28,336 bases of DNA from an uncultured Rhodospirillales bacterium (lineage in GTDB: Bacteria > Pseudomonadota > Alphaproteobacteria > GCA-2731375), in the NCBI GenBank assembly GCA_964627965.1, contig CAZVLI010000001.1, forward strand, positions 1 to 28,336. The letters run 5' to 3'. The position numbers and the translations under genes were made by a program. The number at the start of each line of letters is the position of its first letter. Position 1 is the first letter of the stretch. Below the pieces are notes generated by a model. It did no database searches, was not told where the DNA came from, and was given only the letters and a program-made list of their open reading frames with translations. Shown here one piece after another: positions 8,849 through 16,613 of this stretch.

Positions 8849-8960
8849 CGCGTGTAAGTCCCCCACTACGCCACTTTGACCAAGACGGACTATACCGCAG
8901 CTTTCGTAAACGCCTCTCTAAGTGCGGTAAACCATCTGTGATCGCGGGGAAACTCGGCGG

Positions 8961-10154
8961 TCACACCGCCTGCGCTTCGGTCAGACCTGTATTGCCGTAG
9001 AGCCAGGCCAGCGTCTCGTACCACTGCTCGGAGCTCTTGGCGCGCATGATGGCGTTGCGCAGTTCGGCATGGGCGCCGTCGGGATGGTAGACGTGGTCGC
9101 CCATCGCCCGCGAGGTGAGCTGGACCCGAGCGGTCCGCAGCGTCCGACGGGCCGCGTAGGCCGGTAGTGCGGCGACGACGTCGCCGTCGTGAGCCGCAAG
9201 CACGTGCGACAGGCTGACGGAATCCTCCATCGCCATGCAGGCGCCCTGGGCCATGTACTGCAGCATCGGATGCGCCGCGTCGCCGAGCAGCGCCACGCGG
9301 CCATCGACCCATTGCGTGGTCGGCTCGCGGTCGCACAGCACCCACAGCTTCCAGTCCTGGCCGTGGCGGATGATCTGCTGCGCCTGGGGATGGATGTGCT
9401 CGAAGCCGCGAAACACCTCCTCGCGGCTTACCGGCTGTCCGGCGACCGGCTCCGGCGCTTCGTTGTGATAGGTAACCACGAGGTTGAACACCTTCCAGCC
9501 CGACAACGGGTAGTGGACGATGTGGCATTTCGGGCCGGCCCACAGCGTGGCGGCGTTCCAGCGCAGATCCTCGGGCATCTGCTCGGTCGGGATGACGGAA
9601 CGATATGTGGTGTGGCCGGAGACGCGCGGCGGACCGTCGCCGACCACCTGCTTGCGGACATTCGACCACAGGCCGTCGGCGCCGATCAGCGCGGCGCCGG
9701 TGAGCGCTTCGCCGTCGGCGAGGCGCGCGGTGACGCTGCTGTCGTCCTGCTCGTAGCTCACGACCTCGGCGTTGGTGCGCAGTTCGATCTTCGGGTCGGC
9801 CTCGCAAGCCCGCAGGAACACGCCGTGCAGGTCGCCGCGATGGACGACCGCGTAGGGATTGCCGAACCGGGTGCGGAAGCCGTCGCCGAGGTCGATGTGG
9901 GTGATTTCCTCGGCGGTGAGCGCATCCATCAGCCGCAGGTAGTCGACGTAGACTGCCATCTTGCGGGCTTCCTCGCCGACGCCGAGATAGTCGAAGGCAT
10001 GGAAGGCGTTGGGGCCGAGCTGAATGCCGGCACCGATCTCGCCCAGTGCCGGCGCCTTCTCCAATACCAGGACCTCGCGGCCCTTCTGCGCCAGGCCGAT
10101 GGCGGCCGTGAGGCCACCGATGCCGCCGCCGGCGACCAGGATGCGCTCGCACAG
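8961..10154 (-). CDS. FAD-dependent monooxygenase, 3-hydroxybenzoate 6-monooxygenase-like (C-terminal part of an in-frame fusion with EngB)
   Basis: GGGIGG, EIGAGIQLGPNA, IGADGLWSNVR, HIVHYPL, LGDAAHPMLQYMAQGACMAMED. No ATG/GTG at its N-terminus, only CTG 10154 or TTG 10181. Confidence 0.85.
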   Translation of the reverse strand: MCERILVAGGGIGGLTAAIGLAQKGREVLVLEKAPALGEIGAGIQLGPNAFHAFDYLGVGEEARKMAVYVDYLRLMDALTAEEITHIDLGDGFRTRFGNPYAVVHRGDLHGVFLRACEADPKIELRTNAEVVSYEQDDSSVTARLADGEALTGAALIGADGLWSNVRKQVVGDGPPRVSGHTTYRSVIPTEQMPEDLRWNAATLWAGPKCHIVHYPLSGWKVFNLVVTYHNEAPEPVAGQPVSREEVFRGFEHIHPQAQQIIRHGQDWKLWVLCDREPTTQWVDGRVALLGDAAHPMLQYMAQGACMAMEDSVSLSHVLAAHDGDVVAALPAYAARRTLRTARVQLTSRAMGDHVYHPDGAHAELRNAIMRAKSSEQWYETLAWLYGNTGLTEAQAV

Positions 10155-10172
10155 GTCTCGCTCCCGCTCTGT

Positions 10173-10832
10173 CGAGCTCAAGTGTGCCAGGGCGGCGCGC
10201 AGTTCGGGAAGGCCGGTGCCTTCGCGGGCGCTGGTGACGGCCAGCGTCGGGTGCGCCGCGACATGGCGGGCCGCCGCCGCCGAGACGTCCGCGATCGATC
10301 GCGCGAGATCGTCCTCGCTCAGCTTGTCGGCCTTGGTCAGCACCACCTGGAAGCTGACGGCGGCCTCGTCGAGCTCGCTCATCACTTCCTCGTCGGCTGG
10401 CTTCAGGCCGTGGCGGGCATCGACCAGAACCAGCACCCGGCGCAGCATTTGACGGCCGCGCAGGTAGTCGTGGATCAGCCGGTTCCAGCGGTTGATGTCG
10501 CGCTTGGCGGCGCGGGCGTAGCCGTAGCCCGGCAGGTCGACCAGCAGCAGCCGGCCGCCGAGGTCGAAGAAGTTGATCTGTTGCGTCCGGCCGGGCGTGT
10601 TGGAGGTGCGGGCCAGGGTCTTGCGACCGGTGAGCGCGTTCACCAGGCTCGACTTGCCGACGTTGGAGCGGCCGGCGAAGGCGATCTCGGGCAACGTCGG
10701 GGCGGGGAGCTGGCTGGCGTTCAGCGCCGCGGTGACGAAGTCGCAGGCCTGGGCGAACAGCACCCGGCCGGCTTCCAGGTCGAGCTGGTCGGCCTCGTTG
10801 CTCTCGGTGTCGTGCGGCGTGGCGTCGGTCAG
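10173..10832 (-). CDS. engB: Ribosome biogenesis GTPase EngB/YihA/YsxC (no stop codon; frame continues into the monooxygenase)
   Basis: G1 GRSNVGKS, G2 SNTPGRT, G3 DLPGYG, G4 TKAD, TSA; follows yidC. Start uncertain: CTG 10832 overlapping the yidC TGA, or ATG 10889. The 10173 boundary is the inferred old stop position. Confidence 0.9.
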
Positions 10833-12625
10833 GTGCTGCGCTTCAGGTTGAACCCGACCGGCACGCCCATGCGGCGCATGATCACCCATTGTTGCGCGAT
10901 CGACAGCAGGTTGTTCCAGGTCCAGTAGATCACCAGTCCGGCGGCGAAGGTGCCGAGCAGGAAGGTGAAGAAGATCGGCATCAGCATGAACACCTTGGCC
11001 TGCACCGGGTCGGCTGGCGCCGGGTTCAGCTTCTGCTGCAGGTACATCGAGATGCCCATCAGGATCGGCCAGACGCCGATCATCAGGAAGGCCGGCAGGT
11101 AGGCCGTCGGATCCCACGGGATCAGCCCGAACAGGTTCCAAAGCGTGGTCGGGTCGGGCGCCGACAGGTCCTCGATCCAGCCGTAGAACGGCGCGTGGCG
11201 CATCTCGATGGAGACGAACAGGACCTTGTAGAGCGCGAAGAAGACCGGGATCTGGATCAGGATCGGTAAACAGCCGGCGGCCGGGTTCACCTTTTCCTTC
11301 TTGTACAGCCCCATCAGCTCCTGGTTCATCTTCTGGCGGTCGTCGCCGTAGCGCTCGCGCAGCTTCACCATCTCGGGCTGCAGCGCCTTCATCTTACTCA
11401 TCGCCTTGTAGGACTTGTTGGCGAGCGGGAAGAAGATCAGCTTCACGCAGACCGTGACCGCCATGATGGCCAGGCCGAAGTTGCCGAGCAGGTCGAAGAA
11501 GAAATTGAGCACGAAGAAGAACGGCTTGGTCAGGAAGTAGAACCAGCCGAAGTCGACGGCGCGGTCGAACAGCGGGATGCCGAAGTCCTTCTCGTAGCCG
11601 TCAAGGAGCTCGACTTCCTTGGCGCCGGCGAACAGGCGCGTCGTGGCGCTGGCCGTGGCTCCCGGGGCGACTTCGCCGACGCCGTGCAGGACGTCGACCT
11701 GGTAGCGGTCGCGGTTGGCTTCGCGCCAGTGTCGGAAGGTGGCGGTGAAGCCATCGTCGCCGGGCGCGAGCGCGGCCAGCCAGTACTTGTCGGTGATGCC
11801 GATCCAGCCCTTGCCGGTCTTGGTCTCGATCGTGCCTTCTTCCTGCAGATCGTCGTAGTCGATCTCGGTCAGCGTCTCGTTGAGCACGCCGATCGGGCCT
11901 TCGTGCAGGATATAGAAGCCCGTGGTCTGCGGCGTGTCGATGCGCCGGATCAGGCCGTAGGCGTGCAGGCCGACCGCCGCGGCGCCGTTGTTCCGCACCG
12001 TCTGGGTAACGGTGATCATGTAGTCGCGGTCGAGCTCGAACTTGCGCTCGAACACCAGTCCGGCGCCGTTGTCCCAGGTCAGCGTCACCGGCTGGTCCGG
12101 CGCCAGGGTGTCGCCCGACGCTTGCCAGACGGTCTGCGGCGTCGGCACGGCGATGTCCTGGCTGCCGTCGGTGCTCCAGCCGAACGTGGCGTAATACGGC
12201 GCCGGCGAGCCGACGGGCGACAGCAGGTGAATCTTCGGACTGTCCGGATCGAGGGTCAGCTCGTAGTCGGTCAGCGTCAGGTCGTCGACATGGCCGCCGG
12301 TCAGCGCGATGGAGCCGACCACGCGCGGGCTGTCGATCGTCACGCGGCCGCCGGCCACGGCCGCCTCGCGCAGCTTCTCCGCGTCCTGCGGCACGCCGGG
12401 GATCATCGTGGTGCCACCGGCGGGGGCGGCTCCGGTAGCTGCGCCGGGCGTCGGCGTCGCGCCGGGCGTCGGGGTGCCGACGTCGGTGCCGGTCGTCTCC
12501 GCGGTCTGTACCGGTTCCGGATCGGGGAAATACTGCGGGAACAGCTGCGGTCCCAGGAACTGGAAACCGAACAGGATGGCGAGCGACACCGCGATGGCGG
12601 CGATCAGGTTCTTCTGGTCGGACAT
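10829..12625 (-). CDS. yidC: Membrane protein insertase YidC
   Basis: 598 aa; DFGWFYFLTKP, GNFGLAI, YKAMSKMKALQP, GCLPILIQIPVFF, GLVIYWTWNNLLSIAQQ. Confidence 0.98.
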   Translation of the reverse strand: MSDQKNLIAAIAVSLAILFGFQFLGPQLFPQYFPDPEPVQTAETTGTDVGTPTPGATPTPGAATGAAPAGGTTMIPGVPQDAEKLREAAVAGGRVTIDSPRVVGSIALTGGHVDDLTLTDYELTLDPDSPKIHLLSPVGSPAPYYATFGWSTDGSQDIAVPTPQTVWQASGDTLAPDQPVTLTWDNGAGLVFERKFELDRDYMITVTQTVRNNGAAAVGLHAYGLIRRIDTPQTTGFYILHEGPIGVLNETLTEIDYDDLQEEGTIETKTGKGWIGITDKYWLAALAPGDDGFTATFRHWREANRDRYQVDVLHGVGEVAPGATASATTRLFAGAKEVELLDGYEKDFGIPLFDRAVDFGWFYFLTKPFFFVLNFFFDLLGNFGLAIMAVTVCVKLIFFPLANKSYKAMSKMKALQPEMVKLRERYGDDRQKMNQELMGLYKKEKVNPAAGCLPILIQIPVFFALYKVLFVSIEMRHAPFYGWIEDLSAPDPTTLWNLFGLIPWDPTAYLPAFLMIGVWPILMGISMYLQQKLNPAPADPVQAKVFMLMPIFFTFLLGTFAAGLVIYWTWNNLLSIAQQWVIMRRMGVPVGFNLKRST

Positions 12626-12876
12626 CAGGCGTCCATCCTCATCGCCGCCGATCGTGCCGGCGGTACCGGGTCATGGCCACAGCCGCCCCAGGGATGACAG
12701 CGCAGGATGCGCCGCAGTGCCAAACCGGCGCCGCGAACGGCGCCATGCTCGACCAGGGCCTGCTGGGCGTAGTGCGAACAACTCGGCTCGAACCGGCAGA
12801 CGCCGGGCCAGAGCGCGGAAAATGTAAGCTGGTAGCCGCGGATCAGCCACCAAAGAGCGCGGGCGAGCAAGTTCAT
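12625..12876 (-). CDS. yidD: Membrane protein insertion efficiency factor YidD
   Basis: CRFEPSCSHY, RILRCHPWGGCGHDPVP; TGATG overlap with yidC. Confidence 0.95.
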   Translation of the reverse strand: MNLLARALWWLIRGYQLTFSALWPGVCRFEPSCSHYAQQALVEHGAVRGAGLALRRILRCHPWGGCGHDPVPPARSAAMRMDA

Positions 12877-12880
12877 CGGC

Positions 12881-13240
12881 TCATTTCCGCCGCGCCAGCT
12901 TGGAAAGCGCCTGATCGAGGTCCCGACGCAGGTCGGCGTGGGATCGCGCCACCGTGGCGGACCGCGCGATCAGCACGTAGTCGAAGCCGGGCTGGCCGTG
13001 CTGGGGCAACACATCGGTCGCCAGGGCGCGCAGCCGGCGCCGGGCACGATTGCGCGCGACCGCGTTGCCGACCCGCTTGGACGCGGTCAGGCCATAGCGC
13101 ACCGAATCCGCCGGCACGGCCGACTCCGGCCGACGTCGGCGGTGCTGCACGATCATGCCGGGTGTCGCCCATTTGCGTCCCGCCGCGGCCACGCTGAGGA
13201 ACTCGGGCCGGCGTTTCAGCCGCCCCAGGGCCGCTCCCAT
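12881..13240 (-). CDS. rnpA: Ribonuclease P protein component
   Basis: RYGLTASKRVGNAVARNRARRRLR RNR motif. Confidence 0.95.
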   Translation of the reverse strand: MGAALGRLKRRPEFLSVAAAGRKWATPGMIVQHRRRRPESAVPADSVRYGLTASKRVGNAVARNRARRRLRALATDVLPQHGQPGFDYVLIARSATVARSHADLRRDLDQALSKLARRK

Positions 13241-13242
13241 GG

Positions 13243-13377
13243 TTATGCCGACAGGCGCTTGCGCCCCTTGGCGCGCCGGTCGCGCAGCACCCGCCGCCCG
13301 CCGACCGTGGCCATGCGGCTGCGAAAACCGTGGCGCCGCTTGCGCACCAGCTTGCTGGGCTGATAGGTCCGTTTCAC
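13243..13377 (-). CDS. rpmH: 50S ribosomal protein L34 (44 aa)
   Basis: Hand translation from GTG 13377: [44 protein letters not shown]; GGAG SD; below the ORF-track size cutoff. Confidence 0.97.
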   Translation of the reverse strand: MKRTYQPSKLVRKRRHGFRSRMATVGGRRVLRDRRAKGRKRLSA

Positions 13378-13438
13378 CGGAGCTGCTCCGTCGCGAAGTT
13401 GTGGGCGGCCCGAAAGGCTGATCCCCGGGCCGGGCCGC

Positions 13439-13468
13439 TGTATAAGCGCTGCGGACGGTTCAAGTCAA
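13439..13468 (-). promoter_or_regulatory. Sigma70-type promoter of the rpmH operon
   Basis: TTGACT-18 nt-TATACA on the minus strand, about 60 nt upstream of rpmH. Confidence 0.55.
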
Positions 13469-13587
13469 CGCACCGCCGACGACAGGGCGTCGGCGGCATC
13501 ACAAACCCGTCAGAGCCGCTTTCGCGCCCCGGCGACGCGGTTTACGTAAGTCATCGCGCCGCTCGGGCGCCATCTGAGGCCGTCGCC

Positions 13588-14406
13588 ATGTTGTTACGCC
13601 CACTGGGGCTCGTCCTTGCCTTGCTGATCCTCGCCGCGCCGGCCGTGGCTGCGCCGAGCGCCGATCTGTGGCCGCGGTGGGAAAAACATACGCCCGGCAG
13701 CACCGCCAGCATCGACCACGGCCGCTTGAATGCGTTTCTGACGAAGTACCTGCGGCCGGTGGATGGGGTGAACCGCGTCGACTACGGCGCGATCACGGTG
13801 CCGGACATGATCGAGCTGGACGGCTACATCGCTGACCTGGCGGCCAGCGACGTCGATGCGCTCGACCGGCCGCAGCAGATGGCGTTCTGGATCAACCTGT
13901 ACAATGCGCTCACGGTACAGTTGATCATGACCCACTACCCGGTCGACTCGATCAAGGATACCGGCGGCTTCCTGTCCAGCCCGTGGGGCCGGACCGTGGT
14001 TACCGTCGCGGATCAGAAGATGTCGCTGGACGACATCGAGCATCGTGTCCTGCGGCCGATCTGGCGCGACCCGCGCATCCACTATGCGGTGAACTGCGCC
14101 TCCATCGGCTGCCCGAACCTGGCCGCGGAAGCCTACGAGGCCGACAAGCTGGACGCGCAGCTCGATGCGGCGGCGCGAGACTACGTGAACCATCCGCGCG
14201 CCGCCGAGGTCACCGGCAGCGGACTTGTCGCTTCGAAGATCTACGACTGGTATCAGGTCGACTTCGGGGGCTCGGAGGCCGGCGTCATCGCTCATCTGAA
14301 GCAGTATGCGGAACCGGCGCTGGCGGCGAAGCTGGATGGCGTGAGCGACATCGCCGACTACCGCTACGACTGGGCGTTGAACGACGTGCCGGGCGGCGGG
14401 CGCTAG
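13588..14406 (+). CDS. DUF547 domain exported protein
   Basis: Signal peptide (..AAPAVA), AFWINLYNALT, SLDDIEHRVLR, DPRIHYAVNCASIGCP, SKIYDWYQVDF, YDWALN; ATG 13588. Confidence 0.85.
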   Translation: MLLRPLGLVLALLILAAPAVAAPSADLWPRWEKHTPGSTASIDHGRLNAFLTKYLRPVDGVNRVDYGAITVPDMIELDGYIADLAASDVDALDRPQQMAFWINLYNALTVQLIMTHYPVDSIKDTGGFLSSPWGRTVVTVADQKMSLDDIEHRVLRPIWRDPRIHYAVNCASIGCPNLAAEAYEADKLDAQLDAAARDYVNHPRAAEVTGSGLVASKIYDWYQVDFGGSEAGVIAHLKQYAEPALAAKLDGVSDIADYRYDWALNDVPGGGR

Positions 14407-14409
14407 GCG

Positions 14410-15147
14410 ATGGCGCAGGAGCCGTCGAGCCCGGCCAAGGCCGGCTTCAACTGGCGCCGGCTCTGGCCGCTGGCGCTGCTGGTCGCCGGCTTCGCGGTCT
14501 TCAAATTCAGTGGCGCCGCCGACTATGTCAGTCTCGACGCACTGCGCGAGCATCGCGAGGCGCTTGTCGGCTACGTCGCCGAACAGGCGCTGCTGGCCGG
14601 GCTGATCTACATCGCGCTCTATGCCGTGGTCACAGCCTTCTCGCTGCCGATCGCCTCGCTAATCTCTATCGTCGGCGGCTTCCTGTTCGGCACCATCCTC
14701 GGCGGCTTCTACACCGTGACCGGTGCGACCATCGGCGCCACCGTCCTGTTCCTGGCGGCGAAGACGGCGCTGGGCGACCCGCTGCGGGCCAAGGCCGGCG
14801 CGGCGCTGCAGCGGATGGAGGCGGGCTTCCGCGAGAACGCTTTCTCCTACCTTCTGGTGCTGCGGCTGGTGCCGATCTTCCCGTTCTTCGTGGTCAACCT
14901 GGTGCCGGCCTTCCTGGGTGTCAGCTTGCGCACCTACGTTGTCGCCACCTTCATCGGCATCAACCCGGGCAGCCTGGTCTACTGCCAGGTCGGCACCGGG
15001 CTCGGCAGCGTGCTGGACAGCGGCGAGGACCTGTCGCTGGCCAACATCGTGACCGTCGACATCGTGCTCGCCTTGTGCGGGCTGGCGGCCCTGGCCATGC
15101 TGCCGGTCGTGTACAAGTGGTGGAAGCGCCGCCGCGCGGTGGCGTGA
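14410..15147 (+). CDS. TVP38/TMEM64 (DedA/VTT-family) membrane protein
   Basis: GGFLFG..G, GATIGAT..FL, YLLVLRLVPIFPFFVVNL. Confidence 0.88.
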   Translation: MAQEPSSPAKAGFNWRRLWPLALLVAGFAVFKFSGAADYVSLDALREHREALVGYVAEQALLAGLIYIALYAVVTAFSLPIASLISIVGGFLFGTILGGFYTVTGATIGATVLFLAAKTALGDPLRAKAGAALQRMEAGFRENAFSYLLVLRLVPIFPFFVVNLVPAFLGVSLRTYVVATFIGINPGSLVYCQVGTGLGSVLDSGEDLSLANIVTVDIVLALCGLAALAMLPVVYKWWKRRRAVA

Positions 15148-15157
15148 AAGGGACGAC

Positions 15158-16579
15158 ATGGCCGACCTGAACGTCGACATCTGTGTTATCGGCGCCGGTT
15201 CCGGCGGCCTGTCGGTCGCCGCCGGCGCCAGCCAGCTCGGCCAGAAGGTCGTGCTGATCGAAAAGCACAGGATGGGCGGCGACTGCCTGAACTATGGCTG
15301 CGTGCCGTCGAAGGCCCTACTGGCGGCCGCCAAGGCCGCACATCGCTGGGAAGGCGATGCCAGGTTCGGGCTGACCGCCAGCGCACCGGGCGTCGACTTC
15401 GCCGCCGTGCAGCGTCACGTGCAGGGCGTGATCGCCGCCATCGAGCCGGTCGACTCGGTCGCCCGCTACGAGGGGCTGGGCGTGCAGGTGATCCAGGCCG
15501 CCGGCCGCTTCGTCGGGCCGGATCGGGTCGAGGCCGGCGAGGACACCATCACTGCGCGGCGCTTCGTCATCGCCACCGGCTCGACGGCGTTCGTGCCGCC
15601 GCTGCCGGGACTCGACCGGGTGCCGTACCTGATCAACGAGACGATCTTTGATCTCACCGAATGTCCGGGACACCTGATCGTGGTCGGCGGCGGGCCGATT
15701 GGCATGGAGCTGGCGCAGGCGCACCGCCGGCTGGGCGCGCAGGTCACGGTCGTGGAAATGGCGACGCCGCTGCCGAAGGACGATCCGGAAGCGGCCGCGG
15801 TGGTGATCAACCGGCTGCGTGGCGAGGGCATCGACATCCTGCCCTACACGAAAGTCACCGGCGTCGCCGGGACCGCGGGCGATATTCGCGTGACGGTGGA
15901 GGACTCCGGCGGTGCCCGCGAGATCGCCGGCACGCACCTGCTGATGGCGGTTGGCCGGCGTCCCAACCTGGACGGGCTGGGCCTGGATGCGGCGGGGGTG
16001 GAGACGAACCGCGCCGGCATCGTGGTCGACAGCGGTCTGCGCACCTCGAACAAGAAGATCTTCGCCGTTGGCGATGTCGCCGGCGGGCCGCAATTCACCC
16101 ACGTCGCCGGCTATCACGCCGGCATCGTGATCCGCCGGGCGCTGTTCCGGTTGCCGGCGACGGTGAACTACAAGGCGCTGCCCTGGGTGACCTACACCGA
16201 CCCGGAACTGGCGCATGTCGGCATGACCGAGATGCAGGCGCGCAACGAGGCGGGCGACATACGGGTGCTGCGCTGGCCGTTCGCGGAGAACGACCGGGCG
16301 ATCGCGGAGCGCGACACCGACGGCTTCGTCAAGGCGATCACCACGCCGAGCGGCAAGGTGCTGGGCTGCACCATCGTCGGCACTGGCGCCGGCGATTTGC
16401 TGCAGCCCTGGATACTGGCGATTTCGGCGGGCCTGAAGATCTCCAAGATGGCCGGCGCCATCGCGCCCTACCCGACACGCTCGGAGGCCGGAAAACGGGC
16501 TGCCGGGAGCTATTTCGTGCCTGGCCTGTTTTCCGCGCGGACCCGCAAGGTCGTCGCCTTCCTGGCCAGATTCGGCTGA
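15158..16579 (+). CDS. Class-I pyridine nucleotide-disulfide oxidoreductase (LpdA/MerA-like, substrate unknown)
   Basis: GAGSGG, GGDCLNYGCVPSK redox disulfide, GGGPIG, AVGDV, PWVTYTDPELA, APYPTRSE; no C-terminal Cys-Cys. Confidence 0.88.
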   Translation: MADLNVDICVIGAGSGGLSVAAGASQLGQKVVLIEKHRMGGDCLNYGCVPSKALLAAAKAAHRWEGDARFGLTASAPGVDFAAVQRHVQGVIAAIEPVDSVARYEGLGVQVIQAAGRFVGPDRVEAGEDTITARRFVIATGSTAFVPPLPGLDRVPYLINETIFDLTECPGHLIVVGGGPIGMELAQAHRRLGAQVTVVEMATPLPKDDPEAAAVVINRLRGEGIDILPYTKVTGVAGTAGDIRVTVEDSGGAREIAGTHLLMAVGRRPNLDGLGLDAAGVETNRAGIVVDSGLRTSNKKIFAVGDVAGGPQFTHVAGYHAGIVIRRALFRLPATVNYKALPWVTYTDPELAHVGMTEMQARNEAGDIRVLRWPFAENDRAIAERDTDGFVKAITTPSGKVLGCTIVGTGAGDLLQPWILAISAGLKISKMAGAIAPYPTRSEAGKRAAGSYFVPGLFSARTRKVVAFLARFG

Positions 16580-16613
16580 ATCCAGCGCCCTTTCCTGGCA
16601 CAATGCGCCCGCC

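Noticed and set aside
8890-10152. GTG at 10152 with a good SD as the monooxygenase start
   Set aside because: It is out of frame with the monooxygenase and translates to Arg/Pro-rich nonsense. It would work only with a 1-nt insertion error, and that would still leave EngB without a stop.
8961-10154. HpxO urate hydroxylase linked to the PuuE-like gene
   Set aside because: The motifs (GIQLGPNA, HPMLQYMAQG) fit the 3-hydroxybenzoate 6-monooxygenase group, and the genes are 10 kb apart on opposite strands.
10833-11141. N-terminal extension of the 726-aa ORF-track protein
   Set aside because: It overlaps yidC by over 300 nt in another frame and shows no EngB-like sequence.
12415-12500. Short tandem repeat (gcgccgggcgtcgg twice)
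   Set aside because: It encodes the Thr/Pro/Gly/Ala linker of YidC; ordinary low-complexity coding sequence.
13378-13587. Replication origin/dnaA beside rpmH
   Set aside because: No dnaA gene, no DnaA boxes and no AT-rich unwinding element seen.
15158-16579. Mercuric reductase (merA) or true lpdA call
   Set aside because: No NmerA domain, C-terminal Cys-Cys or mer genes; it lacks the LpdA His motif and has no dehydrogenase-complex neighbours.
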